A DNA stretch of 64,000 nucleotides from a virus (taxonomy: Duplodnaviria > Caudoviricetes): positions 1-64,000 of IMG/VR virus record IMGVR_UViG_3300028048_000077. The stretch is one strand, 5' to 3'. Position numbers and translations under genes: made by a program. Under the pieces are notes generated by a model that saw only the letters and a program-made list of their open reading frames with translations, had not been told where the DNA came from and made no database searches. Position 1 is the first letter of the stretch. Every line of letters starts with the position of its first letter. Shown here one piece after another: positions 27,701 to 36,805 of the stretch.

Positions 27701-30700
27701 ATGTCAGCTTATTCAGAAGTAGAAATAGTACATTCCATGCAAACTGAAATGGATGCTATTACTGAATGGAAAAGATTCTGTACCAATACTTCCGAAAGTA
27801 AGTTGCAGAAAGGTCTTATTCCTGTATGGTTAGATTTTGCTTGGAAAATACCATCTGATAATACATATTTTAAGAATGAAGAATATGCAGTATCAAGAAA
27901 TCCATATGAAGTTGTAATCAAATTTCAAAAAGAAGGATTTTCTAATAAGATCTTTACTAATGAAAGAGATTATCGTTTTATTGATGGTAGTATGCAAGAA
28001 TTATATGATGAAGGAAAAACATTTCCATTTCTTCTATTTTTAGATAATGTATTCATTCCTTGGGATAAAATTACTCTTATTAAGAGTGATGTGTATATAA
28101 CTTTCTTGATTAATAGGGATAGAGATATCCCTATTAATTCAGTGAAAATTTTATCTATTCCATTTAATGTATATTATAATACTATTAGTCGAGATCCAGC
28201 ATATGGAATGAAACTATTCTCTTTTAATCAAGATGGATTATATGATGAAAATGGAGATATTTTATTCTATTCTGCTGATGAGCGTATTGGAGGTATTGAA
28301 TTCCATGATATAAATACTTTTAATAAGTATGATATTGGAATAGACTTAGAAAGATATCTTAATCAAGATAATGTATTTATATTCAATAATGATGGAACTT
28401 TGTATGATAGTAATAGTATCCATTTTAATAATGGTAATCTTCTTACTATTAATCATAATAATATTAAACATTTGATAGTATTATATAGCATCAGAGTTCC
28501 AAAAAGAGAATCTATCTCTACACTTCCAAGAAATAAATCATTTACAAAGAAACTTCTTGCTGGTACAAAGAATGTAGAAGATAGTATTGATCTTAATATT
28601 CTAGATAGAGATTTTGATTTTATTCATGATAAAAATATTGAATATGATATAAATCATGCTACTGGTGAAGATTATGTTTGGGATACAGCTCATACTAAGT
28701 ATTCAGGATTAGTTCATCACATGAAGAATATGAATTCTCATGAGTTTACTTTAGATGAGTTTGAGCAAGATGAAGAAGGATTTGTACATATTCGTAGAGA
28801 TATGTATTTTGATTATCCACATACATCATATCCAATAATTTTCTTTGATGGTATAGCAGATAGTTATATTAATAATCATATTGATTATGATGCTCATTGC
28901 TTTAAGTTCTATATTGGAGATAAAGTATTTGAAAAGTGTAATATACTTTTCTTTAAGAGTGTAATTAATGGTAAATATGATGTACATTCTGATCCAGATG
29001 GTATTATAGATATATCTGCCACTTGGATTCCTCCAGAAGAGATTACAATTCTTACAGATAATAATACTGATAAATTCTTATATCCAATTAGTCATACTCT
29101 TTTAGATACTAATACAATTCAATTGAAAAACCCTGAAAAATTCGCAAATACTAAATTATATATGTGCTCTAAGTATCAGTTTATTCATGAAAGATATGTT
29201 ATCAAAAGTAATGTACTAGAGCTATCAGATAAATTTGAAACTGCATATAATAAAAAGAATTACATGTGTTTCTATAACGGGTTGTATATAAATCAAGCAG
29301 ATTATGAAGTAGTACTTCCAAAATTATCAAATAATAAAATAAAGAAAAGAGCTATATACTTTAACTTTAATATCAATGATGGAGAAGAAAATACAATAGA
29401 AGTATCTGAAAACTTATACTATTATTCTGATACTTCTAATTCTAAGAAAATTATTGATGTATATTATGTATCATCAATTCCTGGGAATAGAATAGAAGTA
29501 TTGGGTGATCTGGTTATAGAATGTATGAAAGTATATGCAAAAGAAGATCATCAAATTACATTCAGTGTTCCTAAACCATATAAGAATTTTCTTCTTACTT
29601 ATGATACTTTCTTCTGTATTCAAGGATCTATGTATATTAAGAAAGAAAGATATACAATAGATTCAGATGCAGGAACTATTACATTCGTAAATCCAGATGA
29701 TGATTATCTATTAAAAGGGCAATCTATAACCTTTGTATATCCAAAATTTAAGGTTGAAGAAGAATTAGATACTGCTATCCCATCTGATAATATAGTATAT
29801 TATGACTACTATACTGCAGTTGCAAGTGCTGATACTACTACAATTACATTTAGTGATTATATACCATCAGCAACTAATGAAGGAATATTGGTATTCATTA
29901 ATTCTACTTATATAGATCCAGAGAGATATATTATATCTGGTAACACAATAACTTTCTTAGATGAAGAGATAGAAGAAGATTATAAGGTTACTTTAGCTGT
30001 ACCAAAAGATATTATTCCATATGAAATATCTGAGAATAATATAGTTGTAGAGACTGCTAAAGTTCCAATAGTAGAAGATGGTCAGTTTGAATTTGATATT
30101 CCTTCTAATATATCTCATGATAATCTCTTTATCTTCTTAGGTAGTTTATTGCTTTCTGAAACTAGATATACTTTAAATGGTGATAGAACTAAGATTAACA
30201 TTTACAATCTAGAAGATAATATCAATGTTGGTCAGAATCTATTGTTTGTAAATGTAAAGAATAAGAATGATAATGGTAGGTTTACTAAAAAATTAAATGA
30301 TATGCATGTAAAATGTATTCATTATGGAGTAAGATTAGAAGAAGATTCTAATACCTTTACAATTCCAGTAGAAGAATTTATGCATGCTAAATTTAAAGCA
30401 TATAACTTCTTATTATTCATAAATGGAACTTGGTTGGAGTTTGATAGATATACATTTAAAGATAATATAGTTACTCTAAAATATGGATTTGATGAATTCT
30501 TAAAGGATAGATGGATTGAAATAGTCTTATTCTATAAAGATAATGATTACTATAACAACTTCCCAGGTGATCCACTTAATCCTGGGGAACTTATCTATTG
30601 GGAAGAAAAATGTATAGAAATCACCAATCCAAATGAATTTACATATGAAATCCCATATCCTAATTTAGATTTTATGGATATGGAAGATTCTCCATTCTTA

Positions 30701-31408
30701 GTTTCTATTGGTTCTGCTTTTATTCCATCATATCAATATAATATAAGTGCTGATAAACGTACTATTACATTCACTGGGTACGTTGAAGATAAGCTTTATA
30801 ATGGTAAACATGTAATATTTGAGTTCCTTCATAATAAGAACTACTCTCATATTTCTAAACATGAAATGCATTATGAGTTAGAAGATGGACAAATGGAAGT
30901 AGATATTGAATCTCCATTCAATAGATCTGTAAATCTTCATAGAAGAGTTATGGTATTCATGGGTAATACTTATATAGATAGAGAACGCTATACAATAGAT
31001 AATGTAAATAATAAACTTATCTTTAATGATTCTATGTATGGTATTACTGATAGGCATCTGACTGTAGTAATCTTCTATATGGGTACATTAGCTACTAGAT
31101 CTGTAGCTTGGTTACCTGTATCTGGATATATTCCTATTCAGAGTAGATATATGGATAGAATGTATACAAATGAAACTCTGTTGATATTTGTAAATGGTAA
31201 ACTTATACCACAGAGTTGGGTACTAAATATTACAGACAGTCTATTTAAGATTACTAAGTCTCTTACTAGTAGATATGATCTATGTGTGCTTAATGGAGCT
31301 CCTAAGATTAAAGAACTTGCTGAGAAGTATGAACACTTTACTACTGATAAGGATTATATCAGTACAATGATTCGTACAATTAAAATAGGAAGTAAATTAT
31401 ATCACTAA
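27701..31408 (+). CDS. large virion structural protein with repeated beta modules
   Basis: Repeated F-x-N/G-x2-YI-x3-RY-x-I-x3-TITF units, also seen in 47986-52689. Confidence 0.7.
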   Translation: MSAYSEVEIVHSMQTEMDAITEWKRFCTNTSESKLQKGLIPVWLDFAWKIPSDNTYFKNEEYAVSRNPYEVVIKFQKEGFSNKIFTNERDYRFIDGSMQELYDEGKTFPFLLFLDNVFIPWDKITLIKSDVYITFLINRDRDIPINSVKILSIPFNVYYNTISRDPAYGMKLFSFNQDGLYDENGDILFYSADERIGGIEFHDINTFNKYDIGIDLERYLNQDNVFIFNNDGTLYDSNSIHFNNGNLLTINHNNIKHLIVLYSIRVPKRESISTLPRNKSFTKKLLAGTKNVEDSIDLNILDRDFDFIHDKNIEYDINHATGEDYVWDTAHTKYSGLVHHMKNMNSHEFTLDEFEQDEEGFVHIRRDMYFDYPHTSYPIIFFDGIADSYINNHIDYDAHCFKFYIGDKVFEKCNILFFKSVINGKYDVHSDPDGIIDISATWIPPEEITILTDNNTDKFLYPISHTLLDTNTIQLKNPEKFANTKLYMCSKYQFIHERYVIKSNVLELSDKFETAYNKKNYMCFYNGLYINQADYEVVLPKLSNNKIKKRAIYFNFNINDGEENTIEVSENLYYYSDTSNSKKIIDVYYVSSIPGNRIEVLGDLVIECMKVYAKEDHQITFSVPKPYKNFLLTYDTFFCIQGSMYIKKERYTIDSDAGTITFVNPDDDYLLKGQSITFVYPKFKVEEELDTAIPSDNIVYYDYYTAVASADTTTITFSDYIPSATNEGILVFINSTYIDPERYIISGNTITFLDEEIEEDYKVTLAVPKDIIPYEISENNIVVETAKVPIVEDGQFEFDIPSNISHDNLFIFLGSLLLSETRYTLNGDRTKINIYNLEDNINVGQNLLFVNVKNKNDNGRFTKKLNDMHVKCIHYGVRLEEDSNTFTIPVEEFMHAKFKAYNFLLFINGTWLEFDRYTFKDNIVTLKYGFDEFLKDRWIEIVLFYKDNDYYNNFPGDPLNPGELIYWEEKCIEITNPNEFTYEIPYPNLDFMDMEDSPFLVSIGSAFIPSYQYNISADKRTITFTGYVEDKLYNGKHVIFEFLHNKNYSHISKHEMHYELEDGQMEVDIESPFNRSVNLHRRVMVFMGNTYIDRERYTIDNVNNKLIFNDSMYGITDRHLTVVIFYMGTLATRSVAWLPVSGYIPIQSRYMDRMYTNETLLIFVNGKLIPQSWVLNITDSLFKITKSLTSRYDLCVLNGAPKIKELAEKYEHFTTDKDYISTMIRTIKIGSKLYH

Positions 31409-31417
31409 AAAATAAAT

Positions 31418-31442
31418 CCCCTCTACCAAAATGGTAGAGGGG
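31418..31442. terminator. Hairpin family member
   Basis: CCCCTCTACCA-AAA-TGGTAGAGGGG between convergent genes. Confidence 0.8.
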
Positions 31443-31466
31443 GAAACTTTAATTATATTCCATGTA

Positions 31467-32447
31467 TTAACACCTATCATGTGTTTTAAGCATTTGAGCA
31501 TTATGAAATATTATTTTCTTTTTAGCTTTTTCTATGAGACTATAAAACATATTAAATTTTGACGCTATAGAGTCTTTTAAATTTACATCATATACATTCT
31601 CTATATGTAAATTCCCATATGTATCAATATGCTCAATAGACATGCTTTTACGATATTTTAATTTAGGCTGTATAGGAAAAAATCCTGCATAAAATGTTGC
31701 ATTAATCTCACTAGAATAATATTTCTCAAACCCATCGTGATATGTGTTAGTTAGGTAAGCTTTTACCCTAGGAATAATATTCTTTACATCTTCTAATGTA
31801 ATCTTTTCAGTTGTTGATTTTATAAAGTCAACAGTATGTTTATTGGATTTTATATCTATTTCAGATACTTCATACCATTCCTCCTTTTTCCTTTTATTTG
31901 CATATAATTTATAAAGATCATTTTCGATATTCAATAATTTATTAACGGCATTAATATCCTCAGTATAGTAAGGAAGAGTTACCTTTTTATCTCCATCACA
32001 ATCAATTCTATAAGAATAGATAGCATAGATATATTCTGGCTCTACCACTCCTACTGGCTTATCTTCTTCAGGATATAACTTAGATAAAAAATCTGAAGCC
32101 ACATTTATTATTCCATCTAAAGAAACAGATATTGGTAAAGTGAAATTAATTCCGTCTTTACCATCATATGACTGTTTAGTTATTTCCTTACTAATTGGGA
32201 AATTTGGCTTATTGAGTACTATCAAATCATAATCAAGATGGAATGATCTTCCATCTTTTATTTCATATTCTCCATCAGAATCGAAATAAGCTTTGCAATT
32301 ATAATACAATGTGACCTCATTAATATCTTTTGCATCACATATCTGATAATCATGATGTTTTTCTAGCAAATTTATATACATTTGATAATTCACATCATTA
32401 GTATCCAAAATGAATTGATCTCCATCTTTCATTGCAATCTTTTTCAT
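31467..32447 (-). CDS. hypothetical protein
   Basis: ORF track. Confidence 0.8.
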   Translation of the reverse strand: MKKIAMKDGDQFILDTNDVNYQMYINLLEKHHDYQICDAKDINEVTLYYNCKAYFDSDGEYEIKDGRSFHLDYDLIVLNKPNFPISKEITKQSYDGKDGINFTLPISVSLDGIINVASDFLSKLYPEEDKPVGVVEPEYIYAIYSYRIDCDGDKKVTLPYYTEDINAVNKLLNIENDLYKLYANKRKKEEWYEVSEIDIKSNKHTVDFIKSTTEKITLEDVKNIIPRVKAYLTNTYHDGFEKYYSSEINATFYAGFFPIQPKLKYRKSMSIEHIDTYGNLHIENVYDVNLKDSIASKFNMFYSLIEKAKKKIIFHNAQMLKTHDRC

Positions 32448-32465
32448 ATTACTTATCCTCCTAAT

Positions 32466-33101
32466 TTAAACCATTTCGTTTAAAATTAGTTGAGCTTCAT
32501 CTAATGTTAAATCTTCAGAAGCCCACCATGATTTATTTTTAGTATTTATATGTAATACTATAGGATTATTACCACAGGCGGTTAAATGAAAATCGCCATA
32601 GTAATCCTTCTTTTTAATACTATTATTATCAGTAGTATCTCTTATAAAAGTAAGAATATGCTTGAAATACTCCTTAGCTTTTTCTTGAGTTTCAACCGAT
32701 GGAATACTAAATCCATTTTCGAACCACTCTTTTTCAGAGATAACCGATTTATTAAATTCTTCTATAGATTTGAACCTTCTAGCTCCAGTGAATTCATGAT
32801 CCCAGAATAATTTCTTTATCGGATCTTTTGGTGGTTTGGCTTCACCAAGAAATTTGAACCGATCTTTATGATCAATACGAAACACACATTTCTTCCCAAT
32901 GTAGTTTCCTTTGAATTCAAACTTCAATTCAGGAGCATCAACTATATCATCTTTATATATCTTGATAGATTTCTCATCTGCAGTATACATATATACAGTT
33001 TTAGCAATTCTACTAAAGTATAATTCTCCTTGGAAATCGACTGTTTTATCTATATTTACAGCATATATATACATATTATCCTCCTTATACTTTACAATCA
33101 T
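32466..33101 (-). CDS. hypothetical protein, tandem paralog of 33085-33612
   Basis: Shared KPPKxPxKKLFW..FTGARR and WWASEDLTLxEA. Confidence 0.8.
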   Translation of the reverse strand: MIVKYKEDNMYIYAVNIDKTVDFQGELYFSRIAKTVYMYTADEKSIKIYKDDIVDAPELKFEFKGNYIGKKCVFRIDHKDRFKFLGEAKPPKDPIKKLFWDHEFTGARRFKSIEEFNKSVISEKEWFENGFSIPSVETQEKAKEYFKHILTFIRDTTDNNSIKKKDYYGDFHLTACGNNPIVLHINTKNKSWWASEDLTLDEAQLILNEMV

Positions 33102-33612
33102 TAAATTTACTTAGAATTGATTTAGCTTCTTCTAAAGTCAAATCTTCAGAAGCCCACCAAGTTTTTGTGTCTGGTTCTAATGACAATACTATTTTAGTAG
33201 TATCTACATCAGATAAATCGGAAAAATGTCTTATATCATTATTATCATCTCTTATATAAAAAGAAGATCTTAATGAGTTATTTATATCTGAGTATGAATC
33301 TACTCTTCTAGCTCCAGTAAATCCTTTCTCCCAAAAGAGTTTCTTTAATGGATTCTTTGGAGGTTTAACTATACCTTCAATGGTAATTAATCCTTTTTCG
33401 TGATCAATCTTAAACATTACTCGTTTACCACAAAATTTACCATTAAAAGTGGTAACCTGCTTAGTGATTTCATTTATAATTTTAAGCTTAGCAGGATAAG
33501 CTTCATACGTATAACAAGTTGTACATATAAATGGTCTTATATCTGGATCAAGTGTCTTCAAATCCTCAAAAGCTATAATATCCTGTTTAACCAGGTCATA
33601 TTTTCTTTCCAT
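33085..33612 (-). CDS. hypothetical protein, tandem paralog of 32466-33101
   Basis: As above. Confidence 0.8.
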   Translation of the reverse strand: MERKYDLVKQDIIAFEDLKTLDPDIRPFICTTCYTYEAYPAKLKIINEITKQVTTFNGKFCGKRVMFKIDHEKGLITIEGIVKPPKNPLKKLFWEKGFTGARRVDSYSDINNSLRSSFYIRDDNNDIRHFSDLSDVDTTKIVLSLEPDTKTWWASEDLTLEEAKSILSKFNDCKV

Positions 33613-33614
33613 GA

Positions 33615-34130
33615 TTATTTCCTCCTATTATTGTTTGTAAAATGTAATCCCTTGAAACCATTAAGAATTACTTCATCAGAAAGTAAAATTTCAAGAGGTT
33701 TAAATTCGGCTGGTTTTCCAGATGTAATCTGGAGCATCGCATTTACTGCGGATGCTCCAGCATCTGAAGTCAAATAACTTCTGAACTTTGGATTCATGCA
33801 AAGGACTTTCGTTCCATCCTTTCCAATTTTATTCCAAAGATAATAATATTGATCAGCTTGTCTAACTTCCTGACCAATAGCAATGATCAATTGATGATCA
33901 TTAATATCGCTGAATCTTTCATTGATTATTTTGGCATTTGTTTCAATACATCCTGTATGAATATTGAAACGTATACCAATTTCAATATATTTAGGAGCTG
34001 GGTCTTTCTTATTTTCTACAATTGAAACCATAATACTTGGTTTCATTATTTTGCAGATTTTTGGGACAATCCGAATGATATCATTATTAGTTATCATATT
34101 ATTGCACCACCTTTTCAAAAACACTGTCAT
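33615..34130 (-). CDS. hypothetical protein, possibly an inactive zincin-like fold
   Basis: IAIGQEVRQADQY resembles HExxH with both His replaced by Gln. Confidence 0.6.
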   Translation of the reverse strand: MTVFLKRWCNNMITNNDIIRIVPKICKIMKPSIMVSIVENKKDPAPKYIEIGIRFNIHTGCIETNAKIINERFSDINDHQLIIAIGQEVRQADQYYYLWNKIGKDGTKVLCMNPKFRSYLTSDAGASAVNAMLQITSGKPAEFKPLEILLSDEVILNGFKGLHFTNNNRRK

Positions 34131-34374
34131 TTAATCTTTCTCTCATTACACGGATGACAGTATCTACTGATGCTCTGCCTCTTGTATAAAGCTTATGAGT
34201 TTTCTTATTATACAAGAATAAAATAAGAGATTCTGGAATTTCAAGTTCAAATACTTCATATTCATCTAAATCTCTTCTCTTTATAAACTCTTCATATGAT
34301 AACTGCCCAGCCCAGACAGCTTTATACTCATAATACATTAGCTTTAAAAATGGCCTAATAACATCTATATCCAT
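34099..34374 (-). CDS. hypothetical protein
   Basis: ORF track. Confidence 0.7.
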   Translation of the reverse strand: MDIDVIRPFLKLMYYEYKAVWAGQLSYEEFIKRRDLDEYEVFELEIPESLILFLYNKKTHKLYTRGRASVDTVIRVMRERLNDSVFEKVVQ

Positions 34375-34376
34375 TA

Positions 34377-34628
34377 TTATTCCCTCCCAAAAGCCTGATC
34401 AGCAAGTGCAGTATTTAGAGTAGCTGGAATTTTTACATTTCCGCCAGCAATCTTTTGAATAGTTTGCAACCTATTCTTTAGAATTTGGTTTTCTTCGAGA
34501 ACTCTTTGATAATCCTCGAATTTTTCATCCTCTTTCTTATTTCGTTCATCAATAATTTTCTCAATGAACTCAATGATTTGCTTTTTGGTCATACTCTCTA
34601 AAAATTCTTTTGTTACTTTTTGAAACAT
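34377..34628 (-). CDS. hypothetical coiled-coil protein
   Basis: ORF track, AAGGAGGAG SD. Confidence 0.75.
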   Translation of the reverse strand: MFQKVTKEFLESMTKKQIIEFIEKIIDERNKKEDEKFEDYQRVLEENQILKNRLQTIQKIAGGNVKIPATLNTALADQAFGRE

Positions 34629-34674
34629 AAAAGTCAGTCTCCTCCTTACAAAAATGTGTAAATTTTAAATAGTT

Positions 34675-34856
34675 AGGCAGAATAGAAATATTCTACTCTG
34701 CCTGTACATAAAAGAAAGGAATAGCAATGAATAAGAGAGATATATTAATAATCTAAGTGTAGCTGACAGTGAAACTGAATTTGTAACAACCCAGTACATA
34801 TGAAGGAAGTCACAAAAACAAGACTTAAAATATATTATCACATCTCTCTTATTCAT
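34675..34856 (-). ncRNA. Candidate small RNA with its own promoter and terminator
   Basis: Promoter motif 34853-34868; 15-bp closing inverted repeat 34727-34741/34842-34856; terminator-like hairpin 34675-34703. Confidence 0.55.
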
Positions 34857-34930
34857 ATATATAGTATACATTTAATTTATTTTTTACCAATCAAAATTTA
34901 TCCCTCTACCAATTTGGTAGAGGGATTAGA

Positions 34931-35251
34931 TTATTTAACCATACGTTTCTTAAAGAAGAAAAAGAGAATCCTAGTAAATATATTAGACTTTATATCTCTA
35001 ATTTCAGTAACTAGTTCTCCTACATATTTATATACAATAAGACCAATAGTTTTATTATAGTTAGAACCAGGATGTTCTTTTCTGTATTTAATTATCTTTT
35101 TCAATACTAATTCTGAAATGAATTTGGTTTCAGATGTAATTTCTTTACCATAATTAGATATATGCTTTTTATTAATATAATCTAATATTTCTTTTTTAGA
35201 TGATCCCTTTTCTTTGATCTCATTATCAATAAGCTCATATAATTTACTCAT
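34931..35251 (-). CDS. hypothetical protein
   Basis: Start MSKLY after an AGGAGG SD that overlaps the end of the class C gene. Confidence 0.7.
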   Translation of the reverse strand: MSKLYELIDNEIKEKGSSKKEILDYINKKHISNYGKEITSETKFISELVLKKIIKYRKEHPGSNYNKTIGLIVYKYVGELVTEIRDIKSNIFTRILFFFFKKRMVK

Positions 35252-35252
35252 T

Positions 35253-35992
35253 TTATACCTCCTTTTTATAACCATACACTTCATTATCTTTCTCATCTAA
35301 TATATATGGTGGTCTTGGAACATCTGTACTCATTTGATCAGTAAGAGTAATATATTCTATAGAAGAATAAAGATTTCTAGCATTTACAGAATTACCACCA
35401 TAACAATGACCAATAACAAATGATTTATAATTATCTCCACTTCTAGTACCTAAGTGATTACCATTCATATAGAAATCAAATGTATTATCTACTATATGTA
35501 CACTAAAGTTATTATATTCTCCAGAAGCAGTTCTACCTATATTAATACCATTACTATTAGATTCACATAATGCATTAGAACTATTTACTGATAAAGTATT
35601 AGGATTAGATCCTAAACTAGCAAACACAGGTGCGGGTGTTCTACCATTGCTATAAGGCATAGCTGTAGAATCAGTATATATGTATTCATCTGTAATAGCA
35701 TTAGTTCCTGTAGAATTTATATGTGGCATAAAATAACCAATTTTTTCTCCATCACCACGACCATTATATCTAATTATCTGTATAAAACTATATCTAAAAT
35801 TTACCCATATATCATTACCATTAAACAAAGTATATTTAAATGCTAAAGCATGTATATATAAACCACCATATTGATACATATTAGCTGTATCTACTACCCA
35901 AGGAGAATATTCCAAATATGTTTTAGCAGAGCGGTTAGTTGTCCCCCCCCCCAATCAATTATATCATAATATTCGATTCCTCGTACATTCAT
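35253..35992 (-). pseudogene. ConA-like class C paralog, frameshifted at a G10 tract
   Basis: ATG at 35992: MNVRGIEYYDIIDW then G10 (35943-35952). G11 gives WGGGTTN, aligning with WESGYTN of 3505-4272 and joining ORF 35253-35954. Confidence 0.85.
35943..35952 (-). repeat. G10 homopolymer, intragenic, out of frame
   Basis: C10 on the + strand. Confidence 0.95.
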
Positions 35993-35993
35993 T

Positions 35994-36725
35994 CTATCCC
36001 TTCTTTACACCATACATATTATCATTATTTTCTTTTATCGTCCAACGAATATCATCCATAGGAGTTTGACCTTCAAAATCTTTAGTCCATCTAAGACCTT
36101 TAGAAACTCTATAGTTAAGTATACATACAGATGGCACTGTACCATTCCAATTTGCTTGAATATAAATAGCAAATATTGAATCGCTTCCAATACTACGTGT
36201 ATACTCCAATATCTTTTTACCATCTAGATATACTTTAAACAATGAATTATTTTCAATTGTACAAGCATAATGGTGATAATTTCCATCTTTTAGATTTGTA
36301 TAATATTTTACAAATACTCGATCTCCATTTGCTTGACTCAAATCTATAAAATTATGATAAATATTTAAATTTGAAGTTATATAAGGATCTCTAACATTAT
36401 AATCTTGAGAAGTATCATATGGTGTTTTACCAAATCCAAGTATAAAATTATATGTGGCATTATTACTTCCAAAAGACGGATCTGATCTAAATATACAATC
36501 TATAGTAGAATTTATATTATTATAAATCGTTGATCCTAATGAGAAATTATTCGAATCTAAAACACATGCAGCGTATCTTTGAATATCACTTAAGTAATAA
36601 TAATTAAATCCAATAGAACGTCTCCATGACCCACCCCCACCAACATAATCTGTGTTATTACCATCAAATGGTCAATAAGCCACTGTATTTTCATCTACCA
36701 TCTGAGATATAGTAGGTATCTTCAT
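35994..36725 (-). pseudogene. LamG-like class B paralog with one in-frame TGA at codon 18
   Basis: MKIPTISQMVDENTVAY*PFDGN; TGA at 36672-36674; the frame then stays open to 35994 (YHHYA, VYLDGK, YRVSKGLRWT). Confidence 0.85.
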
Positions 36726-36805
36726 TTATATCAACTCCTGTATTTTAGCCTATTAATCTTAAGTCTTCTCGACCTCTGAATAAGAAGAATGCAGGAGGGT
36801 ATATT

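Noticed and set aside
34665-35060. ORFs 34665-34871 (-) and 34800-35060 (+)
   Set aside because: No SD; they overlap a promoter motif, terminators and a structured RNA candidate.
35253-35954. ORF-track start MGGGTTN
   Set aside because: This TTG start is a by-product of the G10 frameshift; homology to 3505-4272 places the start at ATG 35992.
36672-36674. Genome-wide TGA recoding
   Set aside because: Only one in-frame TGA was seen. TGA ends genes normally at 273-275 and 46909-46911, and long conserved genes are open in the standard code.
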